The position numbers were made by a program, and so were the translations under genes. From an uncultured Thermotogaceae bacterium (GTDB lineage: Bacteria > Thermotogota > Thermotogae > Petrotogales > Kosmotogaceae), in the NCBI GenBank assembly GCA_964529955.1, contig CAZGZM010000001.1:6510-38334 (forward strand): DNA of 31,825 nt, read 5' to 3'. Below the pieces are notes generated by a model. That model searched no databases. It saw only the letters and a program-made list of their open reading frames with translations, and had not been told where the DNA came from. Below, in pieces: positions 16,420 to 26,172 of this stretch; the first letter of the stretch is position 1; each line of letters opens with the position of its first letter.

Positions 16420-17333
16420 AACTTTTAAAAGTTAATGACAGTTTAAGAAAGGATTTTATCCAATTCTGTAAAATATACTCAAAAATTAATGATGATTCAT
16501 TCACTCCAGAGACGGATTTTAAAGCTGATGAGGATCATCCTTCCTTTGTAATATGTAATAAGGAAAATAAAATTGTAGCTTCCTGTTCTTTAATCCTTGA
16601 AAGACCCTATAGACTTAAGAAGAAGGGTAGATTTATGATTTTTTATTCTACATTTGAAGATTATGGAATTTATAAGAAAATGCTAACTGAATCAGTTCGA
16701 GAAATTAATGAAATAGATAACCTATATCTTTTTACTAGGCAAAGACCTTATAGAGAAGAATTTTGTGAAATCCTTGATAATCTTGGTTTTAAAATCGAAA
16801 GATATTCATTTGTTTTAAAAAGAAAAGATCTTTTTAATGTTGATTATGAGATTCCTTCTAATGTTCATTTTAAAAACTATGATGATTCAGCAATAGATAG
16901 AGAAAATTACTGTAAAATTATTAATAAATCGTTCGCTCATCTCGAAGGTCATTATGATGTTATTCCTTCAGATCTTGACAGGATATTTAAACATTGCAAT
17001 GTTCCGGAAAATGGCATTGTCTTTTTATACAAAAATTCAAAACCTGTTGGGCTAGTTTTTACAGAAATTGAAACCAACGGTGAAGATAAAGAAACACTTT
17101 TTATTGGGCCAATAGCAGTTATTCCAAAGGAACAGAAAAAGGGCTATGGAACAATTCTTTTGAGGAAAGCAATTCAGATAGCTTCCAATTTAGAACTCGT
17201 ACAATCACTTTCTGTTAATGGAAAAAATGAAAAGGCGATTTCACTTTATCTAAAAGAAGGTTTCAGGAAAATTGAAACTATTATCTGTTTCAACATTGAC
17301 TCAATCAACATGAAAAAGCTTCTAAAAGAGTAA
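16416..17333 (+). CDS. Tandem-domain GNAT acetyltransferase
   Basis: C-terminal IAVIPKEQKKGYG and NEKAISLYLKEGF; degenerate N-terminal GNAT repeat; ATGA overlap with the VOC gene. Confidence 0.85.
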   Translation: MKLLKVNDSLRKDFIQFCKIYSKINDDSFTPETDFKADEDHPSFVICNKENKIVASCSLILERPYRLKKKGRFMIFYSTFEDYGIYKKMLTESVREINEIDNLYLFTRQRPYREEFCEILDNLGFKIERYSFVLKRKDLFNVDYEIPSNVHFKNYDDSAIDRENYCKIINKSFAHLEGHYDVIPSDLDRIFKHCNVPENGIVFLYKNSKPVGLVFTEIETNGEDKETLFIGPIAVIPKEQKKGYGTILLRKAIQIASNLELVQSLSVNGKNEKAISLYLKEGFRKIETIICFNIDSINMKKLLKE

Positions 17334-17340
17334 AAGGGAA

Positions 17341-18744
17341 TTATTTAGGTAATTTTATAAATAGATCTTTATTCCTTTCATATAGGTTTCTATAAACTTT
17401 GAAGAGCTTTGTATATTTTTGATGTATCATCATATCAGGTTGATAGGTTTTTTTTATTGAAATAAGTCTATCAGCTGTTTGGGATATTTCCTCATTTGAA
17501 TCATTTGCTATTGCATAAATAGCAGTTCCAAGCAGTTCAGATTCAGATATATCAGGCAGTTCAATTTCTCTACCCAAGATATCAGCTTTCAGCTGGTTGA
17601 ATAATTCACTTTGGGTTTGCCCTCCAGTCATTCTGATTTTATTTATTTTTAATCCATTCTCCTCCATTCTTTCAATTATGTCTCTAATTGAAAAGGAAAT
17701 ACCTTCCATTATAGAAACAAATAAATCTTCTCTATTTGAATCGAGATTCAGCCCAAAAAATATACCCTTTGCATCAGGGTTCCAGTAAGGGCTTCTTTCA
17801 CCACTCAAATAGGGCAAAAAAACTATTCCTGTTGGTCTTTTAACAGATTTCAGATTTTTTAAATTTTTTACCTGACTGTGTAATACTTCTTCTGTAAACC
17901 AGTCCAAAGCTCTACCTGATGTTTTCATAATTCCACTTATTTTCCATAAATTATTTAAAAAATATGGAGTAGTTATCAATCCTTTAATATCCCTTTTAAT
18001 ATCACTGCATAGTGTTACTCCCTGAGAAGTGCCTCCTCTATCACATAGAAATCCACTTTTAACAGTTCCTGTACCGACAAGTCCTGCTGCAAAATCCGGA
18101 GAACCAGAAACAACTTTAATACTTTTAGGTAAAGAAAGCTCCTCTGCAACATTTTTTTGGATTAGGCCAACTGTTTTTGATGATTCAACGAGCTCAGGAA
18201 GGATAAAATGATCATTAAGTTTCTCACTTTCTATGAGTTCTTTATTCCATGGCAAATAACCAAACTGTTTAAAGGACATATTTACAATTCTTCCCGTTAA
18301 TCTGTACGCAATATAATCTGCGGGTTGTATTAAATAATTTTTATATCCTACATTATCCTTTACACATTGAAGTTTTGAGATAACAGAAGCAAATTGGGGA
18401 TCTAAACCCTTATTTATCAATTTCGTCTGATACTCTTCTCCTCTACTATCAAGCCATGTAATAGCGTTTAAGGAAATATCTCCGCTATCTCTTATTCCAA
18501 TAATTGTGGGTCCCTGACCGGTAATACTCAATGAATGAATTCTTTTCCTTTTATTTTCAGGAACTCTACCAATTATTTTTTTAAAGGATTTCCACCATGT
18601 TTGAGGATTTATTTCAGAATTTCCATTTAAATTTTTTCCAACCTGTCTTTCCTGAAAAAAATCAGACATATTTCCATTTATGTCAAAAAGAGCGATTTTC
18701 ACATTAGTTGTTCCTATATCAATAGCTAAATAAAGTTTATACAA
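17341..18744 (-). CDS. FGGY-family carbohydrate kinase (xylulokinase-like)
   Basis: LAIDIGTTNVK, ITWLDSRG, ADYIAYRLTG, GGTS, FLPYLSGERSPYWNP, MTGG, ELLGTAI. Confidence 0.9.
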   Translation of the reverse strand: MYKLYLAIDIGTTNVKIALFDINGNMSDFFQERQVGKNLNGNSEINPQTWWKSFKKIIGRVPENKRKRIHSLSITGQGPTIIGIRDSGDISLNAITWLDSRGEEYQTKLINKGLDPQFASVISKLQCVKDNVGYKNYLIQPADYIAYRLTGRIVNMSFKQFGYLPWNKELIESEKLNDHFILPELVESSKTVGLIQKNVAEELSLPKSIKVVSGSPDFAAGLVGTGTVKSGFLCDRGGTSQGVTLCSDIKRDIKGLITTPYFLNNLWKISGIMKTSGRALDWFTEEVLHSQVKNLKNLKSVKRPTGIVFLPYLSGERSPYWNPDAKGIFFGLNLDSNREDLFVSIMEGISFSIRDIIERMEENGLKINKIRMTGGQTQSELFNQLKADILGREIELPDISESELLGTAIYAIANDSNEEISQTADRLISIKKTYQPDMMIHQKYTKLFKVYRNLYERNKDLFIKLPK

Positions 18745-19591
18745 CTCCTTTGTCTCCCTTTCGTTTTGAATTAATAATATATTCGAAATTACTGTAACTC
18801 TTCTTAAATTTGTCCTTTCCCATTTCTATTAATTTTAAAAACAAAGTATCCACAGCTAATAGCTGAATATACCTTGTTAAAATTCCTCCCTCAGGTAGAA
18901 CTTTAGCTCTTGGATAAACTGGAAGTTTAATATCAGACTTTTCAAGAATCTTCGAGTTTGGTGGAGCCATGCTTATAATTTTTGCTCCAGATTCCTTTGC
19001 ATACTTCATTGAATCAAGTAAGTCTGATGATGAATGACTGCTGGATATAACAATAGCTGTACTTTTTTCATCCATCTGATAAGCTGAAAGACTTTGCATA
19101 AATGGATTGTCAAAAAAGTTAGTCTGAAAACCTAGAAGTTTCATCTTAATAAAGAGATCATGTCCTGCAACACCATCAAAACCATAAGCCATAATATCAA
19201 TCATTTTACTATTTAATATATATTCACAAGCCTTTTCTATACTTTCAGGAAACAACTGTAGTAACGAATATTCAAGATTTTCATTTATAACATCTAGAAG
19301 ATTTCTGGATATTTTAGAAACTTTATCTAAATTAAACTTCATAGATTCAACCATTTCCAATTCCTGGGCAAGGGCTATTTTTAAATCTCTAAATCCTTTG
19401 AAATTTAATTTTTTACAAAAATCAACAACCGTTGAAGGAGCTGTATTGGTTTTTTGTGACAATTCCTTAATAGTTATATTTATTACATATCTTGGATTTT
19501 TTATTATATATTTTGCTATCCTAGCCTGAGCAGCTTTTAAATATGGCAACTCATCCTTTAATCTTTGAAAGAAACTGCATTTGCTAAGCAT
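18737..19591 (-). CDS. MurR/RpiR-family transcriptional regulator
   Basis: N-terminal HTH (IAKYII, STVVDFCKKLNFKGFRDLK) plus SIS domain (IVISSS, AKESGAKII). Confidence 0.9.
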   Translation of the reverse strand: MLSKCSFFQRLKDELPYLKAAQARIAKYIIKNPRYVINITIKELSQKTNTAPSTVVDFCKKLNFKGFRDLKIALAQELEMVESMKFNLDKVSKISRNLLDVINENLEYSLLQLFPESIEKACEYILNSKMIDIMAYGFDGVAGHDLFIKMKLLGFQTNFFDNPFMQSLSAYQMDEKSTAIVISSSHSSSDLLDSMKYAKESGAKIISMAPPNSKILEKSDIKLPVYPRAKVLPEGGILTRYIQLLAVDTLFLKLIEMGKDKFKKSYSNFEYIINSKRKGDKGVV

Positions 19592-20471
19592 TTACATTTT
19601 TCCTTTTAGCTGAATAGAAAATCATTACTGCAAGAGTAACCAAAAAAGGTACTGTCAGTAAAAGTTTAGGAGAAATATCCGTGGTTGCCTGAAATAAATT
19701 AGATAGAGCTGAAGCTGCACCGAAAATAACTGAAGCAATTAAAACTCCCACCGGGTTTCCTCTTCCCAACACAACTGCTACCAGGGCAATCCAGCCTCTT
19801 CCATTTGTCATTCCCCCAACAAATGTTTTTAAGGGAAGAGAGAGAGCAGCTCCACCAATTCCAGCAAAAAAACCGCTTATTAAAAAAGAAATAAATCTTT
19901 GTTTATATACTGATATTCCCACACTTTCAGAAGCTCTATAATTTTTTCCAACAGATCTGAGATGGTACCCATAGGGTGTTTTGAATATTACTATAAAGCA
20001 GATTATTACTGCTAAAAATACCAGATAGTCAAGAATATCATATCCGCTAATTAAATCTCCGATAATCGGTATGTTTTCAATTCCTGGAATATTTATCTCA
20101 GACATTTTAGGAGCATTCTGAAAATAAACTGTACCTTTAGAACCACATAGATTATAGGAAAGAAAAACTGTAATTCCTGCAGCAAATAAGTTTGTAGCTA
20201 ATCCAACTACAAAAACGTTAGCCTTTAAATTCAAGCTTACATATCCCATTACTGCTGCAAGTACCATAGAAAAACCTATTCCAGATAAAATTCCTAATAA
20301 TATACTTCCAGTATTTGCTGCAACATAAATTGAGGAAAATGCTGAAGCTAACATCATACCCTCTAATCCAATATTAAGCATTCCACCTAAATCAGTGAAT
20401 AAGCCTCCAAGTGCAGCCCATAGTATTGGAGTCATCATAGCAATTGTTGTATGTAAAAAATCACCAATCAT
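19584..20471 (-). CDS. ABC transporter permease (nucleoside/monosaccharide CUT2 type)
   Basis: GGMLNIGLEGMML, TPYGYHLRSVG, GRGWIALVAVVLG. Confidence 0.92.
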   Translation of the reverse strand: MIGDFLHTTIAMMTPILWAALGGLFTDLGGMLNIGLEGMMLASAFSSIYVAANTGSILLGILSGIGFSMVLAAVMGYVSLNLKANVFVVGLATNLFAAGITVFLSYNLCGSKGTVYFQNAPKMSEINIPGIENIPIIGDLISGYDILDYLVFLAVIICFIVIFKTPYGYHLRSVGKNYRASESVGISVYKQRFISFLISGFFAGIGGAALSLPLKTFVGGMTNGRGWIALVAVVLGRGNPVGVLIASVIFGAASALSNLFQATTDISPKLLLTVPFLVTLAVMIFYSAKRKNVNA

Positions 20472-21505
20472 GCTTCAGCCTCCTTTTTTCTTCTCTTTCC
20501 AATAAATGAAACTAGCCCTTCAGCTGTAACGAGATAGAAAATAACTGATTGAATTATTCTCGCTACTTCTGGAGTTATATCAGACATTAACGAGCCTACA
20601 TTTGCTCCACTTTCAAGAAAAGCAAAGAATAATGCTGCTGGTATAACTAACAAAGGGTGATTTCTTGCTATTAATGCAACAGCTATACCATTCCAGCCAT
20701 ATCCGATTGAATAACCCCTTATCATTCTCCCGTGAATTCCTAAATTATCTATTATTCCTGCTAATCCCGCCAAACTCCCACTTAAAAACATAGAAAGTAT
20801 TATTACTTTCTTTACAGGTATTCCAGAATAATTGGAAAACCTTCGATTTCTTCCTGTAATTGTTATTTCATATCCAGTCGTACTTTTTTTATAAATGAAA
20901 TAGAAAACTATTATCACCGATATAGCAATAAAAAGCCCCGCATGCAAATTAGATGGAGATAAGATTTTTGGAAGCATAAAATTTGAATTAATATATGGAG
21001 AAGCGGCTAATCCAGCGGTTGGATCATTGAAGGGTCCTTCAAGAAAATAATCAACAACATACACCAGGGTATAACTTACTAAAAGAGAAGAAATCAACTC
21101 GTTTACTTCCCATTTTGCCTTTAACCATCCAGATAAACCAGCAATTATTCCACCTACAATAGCTGAAACTATTATAGAAATAACTATTACAATTATTGCT
21201 GGAAATCCAGACATCTGCACAGCTAAAAAGGTTCCTACGAGAGCTCCAAAATACAATTGTCCTTCTAATCCGAGATTAAAGGTAGATGCGGAAAAAGCTA
21301 AACTCGCTGCAAGCCCCGTTAGCATAAGTGGAATTGAAGTTGCTATCATATTTCCAAAGAAATAAGTATTACTGAAAGGACCTAAAAAAAACTGTTTAAT
21401 TGCATTTGCAGGCTCACTGCTTGTAACTACTATTGCTATTACTCCTATTACAAGTGCAATTATTATTGTGATTGCTGTTTTTATTAGTCCGTTTATCTTT
21501 TGCAT
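20468..21505 (-). CDS. ABC transporter permease (nucleoside/monosaccharide CUT2 type)
   Basis: FNLGLEGQLYFG, VNELISSLL, GYEITITG, GYGWNGIAVALIAR. Confidence 0.92.
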   Translation of the reverse strand: MQKINGLIKTAITIIIALVIGVIAIVVTSSEPANAIKQFFLGPFSNTYFFGNMIATSIPLMLTGLAASLAFSASTFNLGLEGQLYFGALVGTFLAVQMSGFPAIIVIVISIIVSAIVGGIIAGLSGWLKAKWEVNELISSLLVSYTLVYVVDYFLEGPFNDPTAGLAASPYINSNFMLPKILSPSNLHAGLFIAISVIIVFYFIYKKSTTGYEITITGRNRRFSNYSGIPVKKVIILSMFLSGSLAGLAGIIDNLGIHGRMIRGYSIGYGWNGIAVALIARNHPLLVIPAALFFAFLESGANVGSLMSDITPEVARIIQSVIFYLVTAEGLVSFIGKRRKKEAEA

Positions 21506-23061
21506 TATGAATCACATTCCTTTGCCTTTTTTCTCTTTAAATGTAATCCCATCATATATTCACCAATTTCAGCCTTTGATAAACCGCTGCAGTTATCAAA
21601 CTTTTTAACTATTTCTCCTTCATAAATGACAAGAATTCTATCAGATAAATACATTATTTCATCCAGATTTCCAGAAACTAAAAAAATTGCCCTTCCCGAA
21701 TTCCTTATTTTGACTAACTGATCGTAGACAAATTTCTGTGATCTGATATCTAAACCCCATGTGGGTTCACATACAATAAGAAACTGCGGGTTTGAAGAGA
21801 ATTCTCTTGATATAATTAATTTTTGAATATTTCCACCTGATAGCATTCCAACCATCGAATTAATACTTGATGCTTTTATGTCATATTCCTTTATTAGTTC
21901 CTTGGAAATTTTTACTGTGTTATTTTTATTTATCCAACCTCTTTTTGACATAGCTGTTTTATAATATTTAGTAGATATTTCATTTTGAAGAATACTTGAT
22001 TGGGGCGATGATCCTTCCATAACTCTATCTTCTGGAATATAGCTTATTCCTTCTTCTCTTCTTTTTCGTGTTGAAAAATTTGAAATATCCTTTTTATTGA
22101 GAAAAACACATCCCTTTTCTATTTTTCTCAAACCGACTATAGCTTCAACCAATTCCTGTTGCCCATTGCCATCTACTCCTGCTAATCCAACAATTTCTCC
22201 GGCTTTTATACTCAAATCTATTCCTTTCACTTTAATATATTGATCTTCAATATCTTTAACAAAGAGTTTGTTTACGGATACAATTTCATCTCCTATCTCA
22301 TCTGCACATTTTATTCTTTCAAAGGTTATGTTTTCACCAACCATAAGACATGAAATCTTCTGAATACTCATATCCTTTATATCTCCGTTAAAAACAGTTT
22401 CTCCATTTCTCAAAACAGTTACTTGATCAGATATTTCTCTAACTTCCTCAAGTTTATGACTAATAAAAATAATTGTTTTTCCCTGTTCTTTAAGCATTCT
22501 TACCGTTTTGAACAATTCTTCCACTTCCTGTTCTGTTAAAACAGAAGTGGGTTCATCAAGAGCAATTATTTCTGCTCCTCTATATAGTGTTCTTAAAATT
22601 TCTACCTTCTGTTTTTGACCTATTGATAAACTTCCCACCCTTGTACAGGGGTTAAGATCGAGTCCTGATTTACTTGAGAGTTCTGATACTTCATCTTGAA
22701 TTTTTTTAAAATCAATGAGCCCGTGCTTTTTTCTTTTTTCTATCCCCAAAGAAATGTTTTCAGCAACTGTGAAATCGTCCACCAATTTAAAATGTTGATG
22801 AACCATTCCTATTCCTAATTCAAAGGCTTTTTTTGCATTATTTATTTCTTCAACTTTTCCTCTTAATAAAATTTCACCGTTATTCATTTTTTCAATTCCA
22901 CAAAGAATTTTCATTAAGGTAGTTTTTCCTGCTCCATTTTCCCCAACTAGTGCATGGACCTTTCCCTTTTCTAATTTTAAGTTCGCCTTTTTTAAAGCAA
23001 CAACATTGTTTACTGAGTATACTTTGTGAACATCTTTCATCTCAAGAATATAATCCTGCAT
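21505..23061 (-). CDS. ABC transporter ATP-binding protein, tandem ATPase (CUT2 type)
   Basis: Walker A GENGAGKTT, IGMVHQHF, LDEPT, ISHKL; second domain GVDGNGQ, YIPEDR, LSGGNIQK. Confidence 0.95.
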   Translation of the reverse strand: MQDYILEMKDVHKVYSVNNVVALKKANLKLEKGKVHALVGENGAGKTTLMKILCGIEKMNNGEILLRGKVEEINNAKKAFELGIGMVHQHFKLVDDFTVAENISLGIEKRKKHGLIDFKKIQDEVSELSSKSGLDLNPCTRVGSLSIGQKQKVEILRTLYRGAEIIALDEPTSVLTEQEVEELFKTVRMLKEQGKTIIFISHKLEEVREISDQVTVLRNGETVFNGDIKDMSIQKISCLMVGENITFERIKCADEIGDEIVSVNKLFVKDIEDQYIKVKGIDLSIKAGEIVGLAGVDGNGQQELVEAIVGLRKIEKGCVFLNKKDISNFSTRKRREEGISYIPEDRVMEGSSPQSSILQNEISTKYYKTAMSKRGWINKNNTVKISKELIKEYDIKASSINSMVGMLSGGNIQKLIISREFSSNPQFLIVCEPTWGLDIRSQKFVYDQLVKIRNSGRAIFLVSGNLDEIMYLSDRILVIYEGEIVKKFDNCSGLSKAEIGEYMMGLHLKRKKAKECDS

Positions 23062-23090
23062 TTAAAATCCCCCGATTTCAGTTTAGAAGA

Positions 23091-23117
23091 AAGCCCACTC
23101 ATTGATAGAGCAGGCTT
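23091..23117 (-). promoter_or_regulatory. Intercistronic stem-loop after the substrate-binding protein gene (likely mRNA stabiliser or partial terminator)
   Basis: Minus-strand RNA AAGCCUGCUC-UAUCAAU-GAGUGGGCUU forms 10 bp including two G-U pairs. Such hairpins are common at this position in ABC operons. Confidence 0.55.
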
Positions 23118-23127
23118 AGAGGTTACT

Positions 23128-24123
23128 TTATTTTAATGGATCAACTTCTCCACTTTTCAAAGATTCAAATATCTTCAACATTTCGTCTCTAATATCCTGA
23201 GGTACGTTCTTTATATAGTCAGGATCATCAAATGTAAATCCGATTGCCCCTTCCTTAATACCCCATCTTTCAGATGTTCCAAATGGAAGTTCTCCTTTGC
23301 AAGCTCTAACAAGAACATTCTTCATTGCGATATCAGCATTCTTTAATGTACATGCAAGAATAGTATCTGGAGCCATATTTATATAGTTTGAATCAACTCC
23401 AATTACGTAATTTCCTGAATTTCCAGCTGCTTGAATTGCTCCTACTCCAGTTCCACCAGCAACTGTCAAGATAATATCTACTCCCTGACTCAACTGAGCT
23501 TGAGATAATTCCTCCCCTTTATTAGGATCAGACCAGCTTCCAGCAGCGGAAAATACTACATCGATATTCTCATTTATTGATTTTGCTCCATTTTCGTATG
23601 CAGGCTTCATTCTATCAGTCATAGCTGGGTATATATCTCCTGCTAATAATCCAACTTTTAAATCTTCATTTGCACCTGGCATATCACTTATTGTAACCAA
23701 TCCTGCAAAGGAACCAGCTAAATATGTCATTTCTTCATCTTTAAATCCAAGAGAAAAAACATTTGGCAAATCAGCTGCTATACCATCTAAAAGAGCAAGT
23801 TTCTGATTTGGGAACATCTTTGCAACTTTTTCTACACTTCTCGGCATTCCTTCAGTGAAAGTAACCACTAAATCATATTGTCCGGTTGAAGCAAGACTTA
23901 TTACATTTGGTTCCCAGTTTGCGAAGTTATAGCCACCTTCAACAACTTTAAGATTAAATCCTGCTTCTTCAGCAGCAGCTTTCGCACCATTAACCATCAT
24001 TTCGTATATCGGATTACCTCCGACTTCTCCTGTAACCATTATTGCAACTGAATATGAAAATCCCAACGAAACAATTAATAACAAACAAAATACTAAAAAC
24101 ACTAACTTTTTCACATATTTCAC
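23128..24123 (-). CDS. BMP (PnrA-like) family ABC substrate-binding protein
   Basis: GFKDEEMTYLAG, SAAGSWSDPNKG, GVDIILTVAGGTGVGAIQAA, YVIGVDSN, KEGAIG; cleavable signal without a lipobox. Confidence 0.9.
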   Translation of the reverse strand: MKYVKKLVFLVFCLLLIVSLGFSYSVAIMVTGEVGGNPIYEMMVNGAKAAAEEAGFNLKVVEGGYNFANWEPNVISLASTGQYDLVVTFTEGMPRSVEKVAKMFPNQKLALLDGIAADLPNVFSLGFKDEEMTYLAGSFAGLVTISDMPGANEDLKVGLLAGDIYPAMTDRMKPAYENGAKSINENIDVVFSAAGSWSDPNKGEELSQAQLSQGVDIILTVAGGTGVGAIQAAGNSGNYVIGVDSNYINMAPDTILACTLKNADIAMKNVLVRACKGELPFGTSERWGIKEGAIGFTFDDPDYIKNVPQDIRDEMLKIFESLKSGEVDPLK

Positions 24124-24144
24124 CCCCTGGTTTTTTAGATATTA

Positions 24145-24930
24145 TTATAGTTCGCTCATAGCTTCTTTAACTGATGCTCCATCATGTATGATAATCTTTA
24201 GAGCTTTTGTCATCTTTCCCGGTTCAGAATATCCCCATATATTCCTACCTATCGCCACTCCACAAGCTCCTGAATCAACTGCATTCTTTACCATAACAAG
24301 AAGATCTTCGGGGTTATCAGATTTTGATCCTCCTAGAACTACTATAGGTTTAAAAACACCTTTACTCATTTCTTTAAATTTATCCATATCCTTTGGGTAT
24401 TCTGTTTTAACAATATCTGCTCCGATTTCTACTGCAATTCTAGCAGACATGGAAATGTTTTCTGAAGTATGGAGGCTTTTATTAAAACCTCCCGGCAAAG
24501 CTTCGGCAAGAACAGGAACTCCCCAATCATGAGCCTCAGCGCAAATATTTGCTAAGTAAGTAAGGGTTTCGTTCTCATAATCAGTTCCAGGCAGCCCCAT
24601 ACAGCCAACTGCGTCAGCACCTAATTTTAGTGCTTCTTCAACAGAAAACAGCTGACTGTAGTTCTTTTTTCCCTCTCTTATCATTGTTATACCACCATCT
24701 ATTCTCAATACTATTCCACAATCCTTTAATATACTCCAGTAATTCTTAACTATTCCATATGTCGTTAAAAATGCATCTGCACCGTTTTTAACAATTTCTG
24801 ATAAAACTTTTCCTGTATTATTCAAAGCTGGAAATACATTCATTGTGCTTCCATGATCCATAGCAACAATCAAACTTTTACCATCTTCTTTAAAAATCCT
24901 ATGCATTCTTTTCATACTAAAAATGTTCAT
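24145..24930 (-). CDS. DhnA-type class I aldolase (FbaB/LsrF/ADH-synthase family)
   Basis: LIVAMDHG, VEEALKLGADAV, WGVPVLAE, ARIAVEIGADIVKTEY (Schiff-base Lys), VVLGG, GVAIGRNIW. Confidence 0.9.
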   Translation of the reverse strand: MNIFSMKRMHRIFKEDGKSLIVAMDHGSTMNVFPALNNTGKVLSEIVKNGADAFLTTYGIVKNYWSILKDCGIVLRIDGGITMIREGKKNYSQLFSVEEALKLGADAVGCMGLPGTDYENETLTYLANICAEAHDWGVPVLAEALPGGFNKSLHTSENISMSARIAVEIGADIVKTEYPKDMDKFKEMSKGVFKPIVVLGGSKSDNPEDLLVMVKNAVDSGACGVAIGRNIWGYSEPGKMTKALKIIIHDGASVKEAMSEL

Positions 24931-24945
24931 TAATCTATTCCTCCT

Positions 24946-25971
24946 TTAAAATAATACTACCGTTCTCTGTTCATGTCCTGCCGGAACAAGTGATAATTCA
25001 TTACCCAGTTCTTCTAGCGTAATCGTTTTTGTCACCAGGCATTTTAAATCCTCATGAAATGATGAAATCAAATTTGTTGCCTGCCTGAAATCCTCAATCG
25101 TTCTTCCTTCTGTGCCTGTTATTTTTACTTCTGAATAATGAATTTTATTGCAATCAATGTTCAAATCTCCGGTTGGATGCATAGAAGTATATAGAACGAT
25201 CGTGCCTACTTTTCTAACGTATTCTATTGTTTTATTTACAACGTCAATTACTGGTGCAGTTATGAATACAGCATCAAAACCAAATCCTTCGTTGATTTCA
25301 GGAAGAATTTCTTCGATTTCTTCAGGTTTAATAGCCTTAAAACCCATCTTCGATATAAAATCTCTCCTATTATCCTCAGGATCACTTATTACTGCCTTTG
25401 CTCCTCTTTTTTTTGCTAAGAAGGCATGCAGAATTCCCATTGTTCCTCCACCAATTATAAGTACCGAATCACCAAATTGTAAATCAGCTTTCTTAATACT
25501 GTGGAGACAACAGGAAAGAGGTTCAGTAAGAGCAGCCACTTTCAATGGGGTATCCCTTAATAATTTAAAAGCTTGTTTCTCCTTTACAATAGCATATTCA
25601 GAAAATCCTCCAGCGATTAAAAACTTTTCTTCAATTCTTCTTCCCTTTCTTGCATTTATACATAGATTATCCATTCCTCTGACACAGTAATAACATACTC
25701 CACATCTGTTAATAGTATCAAGAGTAACAAAATCACCCTCTTTTACTTTTTTTACTTTTTCTCCAATTTTCACTACTTCTCCAGCTGCTTCATGACCACC
25801 TATCATAGGAGTAGGAACATTTATCTTTCCTGTAAAAATTCTTCTATCTGTTGTACAAACACCACAGCTTTTCACCTTGACTAAAATTTCATTTTTCTTT
25901 AATTCAGGCATTTGAATTTCTTCGATTTCTGATTGTCCCACTTCCTTAATGATTAATGCTTTGCTCTTCAA
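24946..25971 (-). CDS. Zinc-dependent medium-chain dehydrogenase (sorbitol/L-iditol 2-dehydrogenase-like)
   Basis: CGVCTTD, GHEAAGEV, structural-Zn CGVCYYC...NLC, EPLSCCLH, Rossmann IIGGGTMG; TTG start after GGGAGTGAT. Confidence 0.9.
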   Translation of the reverse strand: MKSKALIIKEVGQSEIEEIQMPELKKNEILVKVKSCGVCTTDRRIFTGKINVPTPMIGGHEAAGEVVKIGEKVKKVKEGDFVTLDTINRCGVCYYCVRGMDNLCINARKGRRIEEKFLIAGGFSEYAIVKEKQAFKLLRDTPLKVAALTEPLSCCLHSIKKADLQFGDSVLIIGGGTMGILHAFLAKKRGAKAVISDPEDNRRDFISKMGFKAIKPEEIEEILPEINEGFGFDAVFITAPVIDVVNKTIEYVRKVGTIVLYTSMHPTGDLNIDCNKIHYSEVKITGTEGRTIEDFRQATNLISSFHEDLKCLVTKTITLEELGNELSLVPAGHEQRTVVLF

Positions 25972-26125
25972 ATCTAATCACTCCCGTATTTTTTTTCGTT
26001 TGTCATAGAATTATTTTCAGTATTACATTTTTTGACATTTTTTTCCAAATCTATTGAAAATGAATGATAAGCATTTAATCGAATTTATTTTTATTTATAT
26101 CGAATTTTCTTCGTTTTTTATAAAT

Positions 26126-26154
26126 AAAAAAAATCCCTCCTTATAAAGAGGGAT
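26126..26154 (-). terminator. Intrinsic terminator of the LruC-domain gene
   Basis: ATCCCTC (26133-26139) / GAGGGAT (26148-26154), followed by a T run on the minus strand. Confidence 0.75.
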
Positions 26155-26172
26155 ATAATAAAGAATTATTTA

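Noticed and set aside
17341-25971. Calling the sugar operon lsr (AI-2 uptake)
   Set aside because: The binding protein is BMP-type rather than LsrB, the regulator is RpiR rather than SorC/LsrR, LsrG is absent and a Zn-dehydrogenase is present.
25985-26113. ATCGAATTT direct repeat (26078, 26099) and CGAA-N5-TTCG as RpiR operator candidates
   Set aside because: Plausible location, but low information content in very AT-rich DNA and no consistent palindrome. Needs comparative footprinting.
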